A DNA stretch of 64,000 bases from NCBI GenBank assembly GCA_045837725.1, contig JBEWZL010000044.1, positions 186,001 through 250,000 on the forward strand, read 5' to 3'. The translations under genes were made by a program, and so were the position numbers. This DNA comes from Vermamoeba vermiformis (taxonomy: Eukaryota). Numbering within the stretch: the stretch's first letter is position 1; each line of letters begins with the position of its first letter. Positions 50,180-64,000 of the stretch are shown in pieces. The notes below the pieces were generated by a model that was not told where the DNA came from, ran no database searches, and saw nothing but the letters and a program-made list of their open reading frames with translations.

Positions 50180-52037
50180 ATGCTGTGGGTCTTAGTTGGG
50201 CTCTTGGTTGTGATCGTTTCGATCCTGGTTACGGCGTTGCAGAAGGTTATGAATTCGGTTATTAGTCGTCGCTATGTCCCACCGAGCGATGCAATTATTG
50301 ACCAAGTGATGCCAGAGGTATGAACGCATCTGGAGCGGCAGAAAAAAAATTAAAATAGTCTTTATGTAACGTAAAATTATATTTCTATGTTAATTATCAC
50401 TCTGGCAGTTCCTTTGACTCATACTAATATTCTATTTTAATTTAGGAAATTCTGGAGCATATTTTTTCGTTTACGGATCCTTTAACTCTTCAACGGTGTA
50501 GCAATGTGAGTAGATATTGGCGCTCTCATGCTTCTAAAAATCATGTCAAGACGGCAGTGGTAGAAAGATACGTAAATGCGTAAGGCTAGCGAAATTAATT
50601 GCTCGATCTCGTTTTAAAAATGTTGGCACGGCAGGGTTCGAAATTCAGACTACGTTTGCGAATTGGTTGCCCAATTTGGAGATGGTTTTTTGAGGAAATA
50701 TCCGGTAAGCTTAACGTTTCATGAAAAAACACTTCGGATCCGATTTAAATTTCCTTTTGTAGGCGAATTATTCGGTTGATAATCGCTTGTACGATATGGC
50801 AATGGCCGAAAAAAGAGGCAAACAATTATTAGAAGTCGAATTTCCACCACAGGCGTATCACATAAGAGGTGCAATGGCCAACCCTAAAAACACTTCGTAC
50901 GTGTGGTTGTCTTTGCAAACATTTATTGCAAACTAATACTTTCTTATTGTAGTTATATTATTAAGTCTTCTGCAACGTTAATCTCCACTCCGAGATTCAG
51001 AATTGGTCCGCACAGCATCAGTTCAGCTACTTGGCACATGGCACCAGTACTCAGTTTTGACGACTTTGGACTGGCCGACAAAAATGTAAAGTACGACGTG
51101 ATGCTGAGTTTGAGCGATTATTGCAACGAAAATATGCACGAAGCCAATTTTTTGATGGTCAGAAATTTAACCGCTAAGAAGAGTCGATTCGGTAAGTTCT
51201 ATTTAGACTTGCCTAATTAGGAAAGGATAGGGCGTGCAAAAATGATTTGTTAATCAAAATAGGTCTTTTCCTAATTTAGTTATCAATCTAATGTTTTCCT
51301 TTTTAGGATTTATTCCACTTGACGACTCGTTCCTAAAGGCACTCGCGTTCTTATTTATTCCGCTGATCGTTCACGACGTACAGCAGTCCGAGCCGTTCAT
51401 GAATCTGCTCAAGTTCTGGGCCGGACCAATCACAGTCTGCGTACTGACTTTTGTTGTCACACGCGAGGACCTTGAAAATTTGGATTACGCTGGCGGCGGC
51501 AACAAGAACGCAAAATTATACAAAATTTTGGTCATATCCACAGCGGTGGCAGTACTTATAGGCTTTGTGTTATTATACCCAACGAGTTCCACGCATTGGG
51601 CATTTTTAGGCCTAGTACTTGCTGCATCGTCGTACGTTTGGATGCTGTGCGAGTACGTTTTCGGAGAAAATTTTGGCGGCGACCGAACTGCTTATTCGAA
51701 GAATTTGCATCAATTTAAAACTAAGGAACGAAAACAATTGATGTATGTGTGTGCGGCACTAGTGTTGCTCATGAACGATTGGTCAGCGACCGTGCGAAGC
51801 TTTAATGACGGCACAATATGGTACCGATTGTTATGGAACACCGTGCATTATATGGGCTTGCCTATTTACGCTATTTGGAACAATGTTATGGCGTGCATTT
51901 TAGCGGATCAACAACACGTCTTTCGATGGAAGTACTTCATCGATTGGGATAGCAGTTTGGCAAAGCAATTTGTGTATTTTTATGGATCAGCTGTACTTAT
52001 AACATTATATGCGCCGTACTGGCAGGGAAATCACTGA
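50180..52037 (+). CDS. Membrane anchor + F-box + polytopic TM family member, apparently intact
   Basis: MLWVLVGLLVVIVSILVT...VMPE|EILEHIFSFTDPLTLQRCSNVSRYW; TM exon PLIVHDV, NDWSATVRS, WNTVH, TLYAPYWQGNH. Confidence 0.8.
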
Positions 52038-52310
52038 AACTGGTCACATCCGGATGTGAGCCCGACAAAAAAACTAACTGAACAATAAATCCATGTTAAA
52101 CAATCCATTGACCAAAATGTTACTAACTCTATCTTGATATAGAGTAGTTCCTATATGATTAGCATTCTTAGTTCTTTAATGTCAATCGACGTCAGCTGTT
52201 ACGAAATTTACTTTTTTTTCAACGTCAGGCGGACTGAACGAACACAAAGACTTTATTTCATGTAACGTTAATAATATCCACTAGTAATTGTATATTTAAA
52301 TCCAAAAAGA

Positions 52311-55300
52311 ATGTTGTGGGTCCTCGCAGCGCTGGTGCTTATGATAGTAGCACTTCTCTTGCATTTCTTAAAGCAGATCATGGCAGCGGTTGCTAAAAAT
52401 CGTTATTATCCGCCAAGTGATGCATTTATTGATCAAGTATTGCCCGAGGTAATTAACAGTTAATTTTATCGAGTTAATTATTTGATTTTCAAATAAATTC
52501 TGCAGTCTTAATTTTTTTCTAGCCTCATTTCGCTTTAAAAATCGTTTTTTGGTGATTTGTTATTCAAATAATTATATTTATGATTTTTATTATGATTTAG
52601 GAAGTATTGGAGCACATACTCTCATACGCAGATCCGTTGGCTGTTGTGTACTGCCAGTCAGTTAGCAAATATTGGCGTTCTCATGCCTCCAAAAAACGTA
52701 TAAAATTACAAGTATTAAAAACCGCCATTAACGAGTAAGTTAATTTTTGCTGGTAGCAAGATGCGATGTTGATCTATTTTTGTTAGAGTTAGAAATTTGC
52801 CTGATGTTAAAAGTAACATTCGAGATATAAAGAGATGGACGGAATACCCGGTAAATATTAGAATTGTAGCGCTAATCATAACTAAACGGTCATTTCTAGG
52901 AGGGCGAGAAGATCGAGCAAAGGCTGGCTGATTTTGCCTTGGCTCAAAGGCACAACAAATATCTCCTCGATATTATCGCAAAATTTTCAATATGGGACAT
53001 TAGAGAATTAATGCATCCTGATAAGTACGCTTCATCTATCGAAAATTTCATTCGATCGAATCTCATCCGGATTAAGGTTAATTTTAACGTTATAATTTAT
53101 ATAGATACGCTATAAAGACAGTAGGAAAATTGGTCAATTATCCTACATTTGATATAGCAAACTTTGGACATGTGACGTTCCACAACGGATCTGCCTTTGA
53201 ATCCGTCGTACACAACAAAACGCCGAGTTATCACAGTAACGAGCTATATGAGATAGTAGCGCCATTAGATCAGTGCTTGCATCACACTGAACCTCGCGAA
53301 ATGTTGATGTGTCGACCTATCAAACAGATAGACTCAGCGCAAGACGAAAATATTCAGAGTTTAATTCAAGATCTGAGTGTCAATCAAATCAACGCATTTC
53401 TTCGCTCAAAAAAAGATGATACGACGATGCTCGAATATGTAATAATAATATATTAATTCATGTAATTTGCATTTACAACTTGTATTTTGTAGGTATTTAC
53501 AACGAGATCAAAAGAAATTGCGTTTCTTTTGCTAACAAAGTCTCAACCCAAATATATTCACGCAGATAATGAATTTAGCTGGTATAAATTATTCGGTAAT
53601 TATAATATGTGATGTAACGCAATGGGACAACTGACGAACAACTTCCATCCAGATCGGCTTGAATCTTTCCTGTTATCTCAGCGGAATCGAAAGAACAAAA
53701 TACCAGCAAAACGACTAGCCTCAAAACTGCACTTTTTATCACGATATAATCAAGATATAGACTTGCAATCTCTTATTTTAAGACCAAAGTTTTTTGCGGC
53801 AGCGTTACTTCTCGGCGCAACCTTCAATTCTACTCAACGTACGTCTAATTATTATTGCTATAATCAATTTGTTAATATTTACCAGAGTCGATTGCTGAAT
53901 TCGTGCTCGAGAGTAACTTGCCGGTTAATCCAGAGAAGAAAAATCTGATCTCGTGGCTGTTAGACAACAAATTCATTGAAAACAACTCTATTTCAGTGAA
54001 AATATTCGCAAAAACACTTCAAGGAGGAGGCTCTTTTATAACGAAACTGCTAATCAAACATTTTCCATCGCTGCTAGAAGGTCAGATCCGCTCCTTTGAA
54101 TTCGACCTCTTAGCATCTCTTAACTGTATATATTCGTTCAGATGTAGATGCCGACGGCTGCAATGTAATGCACTATTGCGTGCCAGGACCAGTTAGAGTG
54201 AGACGGTTCGCACAGTGCTTGAAGTTTATGTTGTCGAACGTTACTTCTGAACAATTATATAAACTATTAACAGCCAGGTAAGCTTAAATATAACTCCTTA
54301 ATACTTATAGTATCATATAATATAATTTAAATACTTGTGCACTGCCTATAGTGGTATTTTAAGCAAGATCTGATCCGCAGACAGCTTCAAAAATCAACCC
54401 ACCACTAATCGTATTATTATATAGAAGCAATGACTATACAATACCAGTTATAACTGCCTTTCGACACATATACGGAAGGTCCAATATGATTATGCCTTTA
54501 GAAATAATGAACGTACTGGCTCAACTGGCACGTGACAACAAAGAAGATATTTTGAGTCAGATTTATGATGGCGCTAATTGGATGAAAAGAAAGTTCCTGT
54601 TTAATCGGTATTTGCTTCAATATGGCATGAAAATGGACATGGCGTTATTTACAACTAGATACGACGTTACTCGTGCAAGCCAATTGTTATGGTCTGTCAA
54701 GCTATCACAAAAATCAGTACAAAATGAACAAGATCTGGCAAAAGATACCAAATTGACCAGTCCCAATCACATTAGCGAAATTTCGAGTGAAATTTTAAGT
54801 TTGCCGAAAGATATCTTGCTATTGATCCTCTTGGAGCTAAGACCAGCCGATTTGTCGCACTTCTCAATAACCTGCAAATTTACAATGGAATTTCTTGGAA
54901 ATGAACAGTCCACTCAAAATGAAAGATTTTGCAGGGGCTATTACGAGAGACAGTACAAATCAATCGGCTGTAATTGGCAGGGACAGTCATACAAAGCAAA
55001 GTTCGTTCAAGAAACAAAGTAAGTTACCTTCTATATGTATATATTCCTGTTTAACTAGATTTTTTTGAATCCGTTTGATCTGATCTCGTTTTTTTCAGAG
55101 GGCTTGCTAACTGGCGTAACAAGAAATTTACAGTTGCAACTGTCATTGACGATTTTGAGCCTTATTTAATGGACGAGAATTGGCTCCTCATGATGAATAG
55201 TGGCAATAGTAACTTTTTGTACTGGAACTGTCATACGCAACAATTAGTCAGATCTCAGACCAAATCAACCGTACTTTATACCAAACCATTATTGATTATA

Positions 55301-56232
55301 GGAAAGTACTCGCATGGTGCATTACCACCAATACTTTATGCTGCTTGCAGCGCTTACCGTGGCGGAACCAAAGTTACGATCCGAACCAGTAACGATGAGA
55401 ACTTTGCACCTAGAAATATCAATCAGCTGTTAGCAGATCATATACCTACCATTACTGCGATTGGTATCGATCACAGAGTGCTAGTAACAAGCGGTACGTC
55501 AGTCTAAATAATTCGCAGAAATTTAACCAAAATTGTACTAATAATGATTGTTCACCTATTACCAAGTACCTTTTAATTTAATTTAATTTTAGCCGGCCTT
55601 TTGTACGATACCGAAGTAGACAAATTCATTGGTCCCACAGACTTTCAAGTTGGCTCAAGCAAGTCACCATGTTGCGTAAATCTATTTAATCAAACGTTTA
55701 TGAAACGTCGAGATCAATACTTGGAAATCTATAATTACCAGTATGATCTGCTGACGAAAATTCCGAGCCCAGGTGCTGACTACGCAACTTTACAAGCTGT
55801 CGACGAGAACACGATCTTTTATCAACAGTTCACTACAGAATTGTATTCTGGTTATATAGACTTGCGTACTGGTAAAGTTCTATGGTCCGACCCTGGTTTA
55901 CTTCCAGAAGTAAGTACTAGATCCAACAGTAGATCTGCCGACAACTTTTGTTGATCCGCTGCGGAACTCATTTTTTATTCGTTTAGATATCAGCAGGAGC
56001 AATATCATCGACTCGCTTTGTATTTAAAGACAATAGCACAGAATTATTGGCTTCGTTTCATCTTCCTTCTCAGAAATTTGAGTGGATCTATCCGAGCGAG
56101 ATCCGTGCCTCAAACGATTACACCCGGTCGAACTCGTACAATTCCAACGTCCCTGTCACAATTAATAGCAGATACTTGGCCAATAGAACGCGTAACAAAA
56201 CAATTTTGTTCGATTTTGGTTCAGATCTGTAG
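52311..56232 (+). CDS. Chimeric gene: membrane-anchor F-box N-half fused to ankyrin-like/F-box/propeller protein
   Basis: Exons 1-5 match the membrane family. Within exon 5 the sequence switches to ENIQSLIQDLSVNQINAFLRSKKDDTTMLE, homologous to the N-terminus of the 33994 gene; the remaining exons match that family. Confidence 0.75.
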
Positions 56233-56509
56233 AGTAATTAGAACCAAATTCGATACAATTAATAAATCTTTCGACTTTTCATTTCCGCCAAGCTTGATAA
56301 TGCAGTTTAATAGACTACAAAAAGATCGAAATAAATAAGCTAAACGACCAATAAGAGATCCGAGAGAGTCAACACAAGGAACATAAATAATGATGATTTT
56401 ATAGTAAACAAATAAAGAATAAGTTAAAGTATTAACAAATTAAACAAGCACAATCGATTTCATGCTCGTAGAAATTAAATAAAAATTGGTCACTAGATCT
56501 CAGTTGAAC

Positions 56510-59027
56510 TTAGTTGTTAAGCGGCTTCATCTCGTATTTCTTTCTGAATCGCTTAGCACGAGTCTTCTTTTGTCGTTGACGCGAGCCAACAGGTCTCAAA
56601 GCGAAGTAGACGAATGAGATCAACATCAGACCAACGATGATCCACAAGAAGGCGCCAACGCCTGAACCCCACAAGTACTTCAAACCTCGCAAGTTGTAGA
56701 TGGCCAAGTTATAGATGGCTAGAGTAAGATGAAGTCAGCGTCAGATAATAAAAATTCGAATTTGTAAGCACGATCCAGATTCGAAAAGTTGCTCGATCGA
56801 GCGGATCTAAAATTCCTCTATATTGCTACGTACCGTTGTTAGCAGTCAAACGAGCATAGACGGTGAATGACAGGGACAAGAAGTGCGAGACACCAACTGA
56901 AGCTAACATGATCAAGCCCGTGTTGAACAACCACGCGTCCATGTACGTCTCAGCCTTCTTGATCGGGTGGATGGCAAACAAGAACGGAATGCGCAGACCA
57001 AACTTGAGGTTACCTTCGATGACTGCCCACAACAAGTAGAACGCGAACAGACCAAAGAAGACGGTACCGAAGAAGGCGACTGCACCGTCAAGCTCGAGGA
57101 AGAAAAGATTCAAGAAGGGGTAGATGTGGAAGATGTTGAAAATGACGATGTGAATGAACCACATAATCGACATAATAACACTAGTAAGAATATTATTATA
57201 AGTATAAAAGATCTCGTTTGAAAATTTTTCCGATCCGACTTACCCAGCAATACCACCGATCAAGCAGAGAATATAGAAGATGATGTGCTTGCCCTTCAAG
57301 TCGTGAGCGAGCTTAGTGTACTTGAACTCATCATCCAATTCGTACACTTCTTTCTTGAATCGATTGAACTCGCTTCTCCAAGGTCTCTTCTTTTGATACT
57401 CCTTGGCCTTTTGAATCATTTGTGCGGCACGAGTACCGAGGTAAATCTTACGCTCTCGCCACCTATAGTATTGTTATTAGTATTGGTGCTCATAAAATAC
57501 ATTATAGTATGAAATTTCTCGTGCAGATCCGATCCAACACGATCCGTTTCAACCAAAAAATTTGAGCTTGTGTTTCGTGCGTTGTTGTAGAATATCGTGC
57601 CATGTTATAACTAGTGTCGAGTAGCATATTATATATTAAAATCAACTTACTCAGAGTCATCAATAGGTCTGGGTCTCCATTTGAAGTTCTGGATCAACTG
57701 TTGCGGCAATGCGACGAGACCAATGCCAGCAAACAAGACGAACAAGAGCCAGCCCAACACGGCAATCACAGTGAGTACGAACAACACAAAACTGATAGGG
57801 AAGTTTTGAATGGTGTCCTTGTAAATAGATCCATCAGCCAAACCACCCTCACGAGTGAACTTGCATTCGGGGCAATCGTTAGGTTGAGGCACTCTGTTTG
57901 CGGGCACGACAGCATTGACCTTTAATTAAGAAATACTATCAGTATTGGCGGTAATAAATGCCATGGCAGATGCACCAAGAAAACTAGTAATTATATGCTT
58001 TAATTCAGGTCAAAATAGTGCATTATCACGTTTATATTGTATGCATATTATTGTTTGATATTTGACGGGCTGCGGAACAAGATCCAAGTTCAGCACGTGG
58101 TTTCATTTTACTTGTTTCGAAAGGATAATTGTGTCATTTATACCACGTATAACTGTTATTTAGTGAATATAAATGGAAATTTTCGTAATGATTGATTTTT
58201 AGAAAAGATTTATGGCCCGTGTAACGGCTCAAAATTTAATTGAAAAAGATCCAAATTTCAAATATTACAATATAACCGTAATAAACGCATTATTGCATCC
58301 AAATAATATTGGTATTTCATATAATTAAATTTCCGTTTTGCCGTCAAGCTTACCTCTTGAACTTGGATGGGCACTTCGGCGACACCCAAGAAAACATATC
58401 CAACACCACAGAGAGCAACGAAAATAACAAAAATAATAATAAGGGCTTCGATGGCTTTGCGGATAGGCTTCTTCCTAATTTTCAAGTAAAAATTGGTTAC
58501 TCGATCCGTTTTTTCGTTACGGGTAGGAAATGTGCTTACTTTGAATAAGGCTCGTAGTTCGAATAGTAGAAGTAAGAGAAGGGTATAATAAGGAAAATAA
58601 GGACACCCATCAATATCTGCACACATAGCCAGATTACATCCATTGGCAAACCACCGAACTCGCTGTTTCTGCTACCGACGTCCAAAGGTAGTAATAAAAT
58701 ATTTGTAACCGTCAATGTTAGACCCATGACCTGTAATAATAATTAGTAATTATAACAAATTAAATTGAATATTACGCGCAGATGTAAATTTTAATTGTCC
58801 GTTTCATCTGTTTCCAAATAATTTGCAGGCATTTGATAATGCTTATTTATCGCTAAACAATGCATAATTAATATTTTACATACGACTATAACTTTCGGGA
58901 AGAAAGCTACGTTCTGATCATCCGGATGGGTAAAGAACACCATCATGTAGGTGCAAAACACCCATGTGGCCATATAAAATACCAATGAAATTGGTAATAA
59001 TATAGGGTCTACTACAGTATCCACCAT
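56510..59027 (-). CDS. LMBR1/LIMR family membrane protein, multi-exon
   Basis: FTHPDDQNVAFFPKVIV, ILLLPLDV, IIPFSYFYY, FVLFAGIGLVALP..FKWRP, GNLKFGLRI..IHPIK..TYMDAWLFN. Confidence 0.88.
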
Positions 59028-59545
59028 AGCTGTGTTCTCCTCTATAAAAAATACGTGCTCAAAGAAAAAACCGCCACTCAACTTAAAACAGCCCGAACGA
59101 GAAATCACAGCGAGACACCACATACGAATAGTAATATGAATAGCTGTGATACATATTGTATTTGGCCGTAAATCAAACTTAATCGAAAGAATAATTTCAA
59201 ATCTACCAACTTTACTTGACGTAAGAGATTTAAATCGAGAAATTAATTATATTGCGGTTACTTCGTAATATTTATCATATTTGGCACGTGTCTCGTAGTT
59301 TCAAGCTCACTTTTTATGCCTCGAGCGGAGCTGAAAATAAAAATTTGAATTTTTTTCCGAACTAAACAACAATAGCGCGCGTTAATAAGCCATTATTTAT
59401 TGCTTGCCTTATTATTGGGCAAGTATTATCGCAGAACTTATTTAGTTTGGACGAAGGAAACACCCAGTTTTGGATTTGGTTTACAGATTTCAGCAACCAA
59501 ACCATCCCCGACAATTTTAACGACAAATTCGAGCATATTTCAAAT

Positions 59546-61767
<2,222 letters not shown>

Positions 61768-62070
61768 GCGACATAGTAGTAGTAGCATAACATCGGTTCT
61801 CTTAGCATTGTATATAAAGGTACCAGCTTTGAATTTCTCTTTGGAAGCTGTTCAGATCAAACTGTCAGTTTCCTTTTTTTTTTTTTTTTTCAATTCGCGT
61901 TTGGCATACTCTATCCCTACCGAAAGTCGTCTATTTATTTGTGCGCTTAGTTAATTAATGCACTATAATTCTCGATCACGTTACGGTACAGTACATCATT
62001 TATTTTAAAATTGGAAATAAAAAATAAAATATTTAATTTATAAAGCGTTGTAGATTTACTACTAACACTC

Positions 62071-62295
62071 TTAAATATAAGGAGCACTACAAAATGTACA
62101 TTTATCCTTTACGCAATTCGGGCAAAGACTCCTGAATCCTAATTCCGCGTTACAACTCGGGCATTTCTCAGATTCGCCGTTCATCACCATGCAACTAACA
62201 GAGAGCCTTTCGAAGCACTTCTTGCATAAATCAGCTGATTGTTTTGATCGCTTTACTGGTGCTAGAGCTGCGCTCATTGGCGGTGCTAAGTCCAT
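62071..62295 (-). CDS. Small Cys-rich (four CxxC) putative zinc-binding protein; possibly a terminal exon
   Basis: CKKC, CPSC, CPNC, CTFC; the frame stays open upstream to an AG at the edge of the 62348 element. Confidence 0.5.
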   Translation of the reverse strand: MDLAPPMSAALAPVKRSKQSADLCKKCFERLSVSCMVMNGESEKCPSCNAELGFRSLCPNCVKDKCTFCSAPYI

Positions 62296-62347
62296 CTGCT
62301 TTTTGGCTGGTAGATCTGCTTTAATTTGATAGTGGGCTATCCCTTAG

Positions 62348-63464
62348 TGTTACCGCCACATTGAAACTTCGAAACCAATCAACAAAACGGCTATTTTATT
62401 TCAGCCAGATCGAAACCGCACACGACCAACCAAAAACTATTAATAATAACACCTTTTAATCGTTAAGTATTGAAGCAACAAGTATCAAAGATATTTTTAT
62501 AAATGATAGTCAGTTTAAATGTCACGCAAGTTAAAGCCAGATTGCAAAATTAAATCCGCAAGATCTAACTCCCCTGATGCGGGAGGCTCTGATCTCTTCG
62601 CGCCTTAGTATATATAATTTAAGTATAATTTAATGCATGAATATTTCCTTGTTTAGAGGTGCTCAGCTGAAAATCTGATATGATCAAAATTATTAACCGA
62701 ATCTTCAATACCTGAGTTAATTTAACTTAACTTTCTTTAAAATCATGCTCAGCACACCCTATATTTAATATTATTATTGCAAATTCAGACTAAATATTTT
62801 GGCTGTGTGATTGGCAAAATCCATCCGTGACACGCACCCGCGTACCTCCTTGAATTCCGTTAGAATAACTCCAAATCAACTCATTTTTTCCAAATTTTCA
62901 TTTAATACTTTTCTACTTTATACTGAGGTCCACAGATACCGTGAAATCAAAACTTCGCAAGCAAATTCAAATCGAATCTTGGATTTGGGCGCAATTTTAA
63001 TTGAATGAGACAAATTTTCAATAATGGACGAATTTAATGCCGCTTTCTTCACGACCATATATAACACTGCTTTAAGTTGTAATATACATATTTTTGAAAC
63101 TTATTGGAGCCGACATAAGCCGACTACAGCGTGATCCGTTCTGCACCAAATCTGATCTTTGTTGAAAAATTTCAATTTCAGTTTAAAACGTCATAGACTT
63201 CAAATAATAATACACGGACACGATGAATTGGTTAAAAAACGGGTGTAGGAATAAAATAATGACAGATTCAGATTTGAAAACAGATATGACTTTAATTAAC
63301 ATTAATTACCTCACAAATGCCGAAAGTGGCTTATCCTCAGGTCCAATAAGCGAAGTACTTAATAAATTTCAAAAGTTTTTGGTCAGTCGTGTGCGGTTTT
63401 GATCTGGCTGAAATAAAATAGCCGTTTTGTTGATTGGTTTCGAAGTTTCAATGTGGCGGTAACA
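62348..63464. mobile_element. Non-autonomous TIR element (1117 bp) related to the Ginger2/TDD-like transposon
   Basis: 91-bp TIRs (62348-62438 / 63374-63464, 3 mismatches), TGT...ACA ends, 5-bp TSD CTTAG (62343-62347, 63465-63469); no credible ORF inside. Confidence 0.9.
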
Positions 63465-64000
63465 CTTAGTAATTAAACAATAGTCAATCGTTGTGTTGAC
63501 GAATTTTAGTTCTATTTCAGTTTTGGGCAATATCAGTTGATCCGTCTGGCCACCAACACAAACACAATAGCACATTAATTAATTTCCTTTTTGGCTCGAT
63601 GAAAATAGTCTTGATAGCATAAAAATAAGCAATAATGGCCGCTAAATTACCCATTGTAAGCAATGTACTTTGTAATTCGCTAGGTTTGAAGTCTCGCACT
63701 GAAATTAAATTATTAAGCTAATTATATTATTTATCTGAAATATTATTAATAATGCCTGCATAAAATACCAGCATATTCCTTTTTTCAAGACAGATTTTTT
63801 TTGAATTCCTTTTTAATTAATTTTTAGCAGACATCGGTTTAGCTAATCCATATTACTATTAATTATAGGCGAAACTTCCGCATAAAGTGAGTGAATTACT
63901 TCGCGCTGGTCAGCCTTTTTTAATTACAGCAAAGACCGTCCTGATCCCAATTTACGAGCACACCAACGAGCAGTTAGAGTTACTACGTGATATATTAAAA

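Overview
AT-rich, gene-dense eukaryotic genomic DNA with short GT-AG introns and poly-Asn tracts, probably from an amoeboid protist (inference). The unspliced ORF track fragments most genes, so I rebuilt exon structures by eye. Housekeeping genes include a PX-domain protein, a family-16 methyltransferase, SENP8/DEN1, V-ATPase subunit F, a TPR protein, DUF2306, a TDP2-like EEP nuclease, LMBR1/LIMR and SelO. These are interspersed with about 15 F-box or F-box-like genes, mostly in three paralog families: intronless F-box+ankyrin; ankyrin+F-box+propeller; and membrane anchor+F-box+polytopic TM domain. The cluster includes pseudogenes and an in-frame chimera of two families. Three insertions are visible. 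(1) A 3.9 kb insert whose spliced ORF fuses an apparently intact USP (C19) deubiquitinase to a piggyBac-type DDD transposase, lacking canonical piggyBac ends; this is the strongest novelty candidate. (2) A complete intron-containing Ginger2/TDD-like integrase transposon with TIRs and a 6-bp TSD. (3) A 1.1 kb non-autonomous relative with a 5-bp TSD. Both coding insertions split F-box-type genes. No database searches were run, so family calls rest on motif recognition and novelty is unverified.
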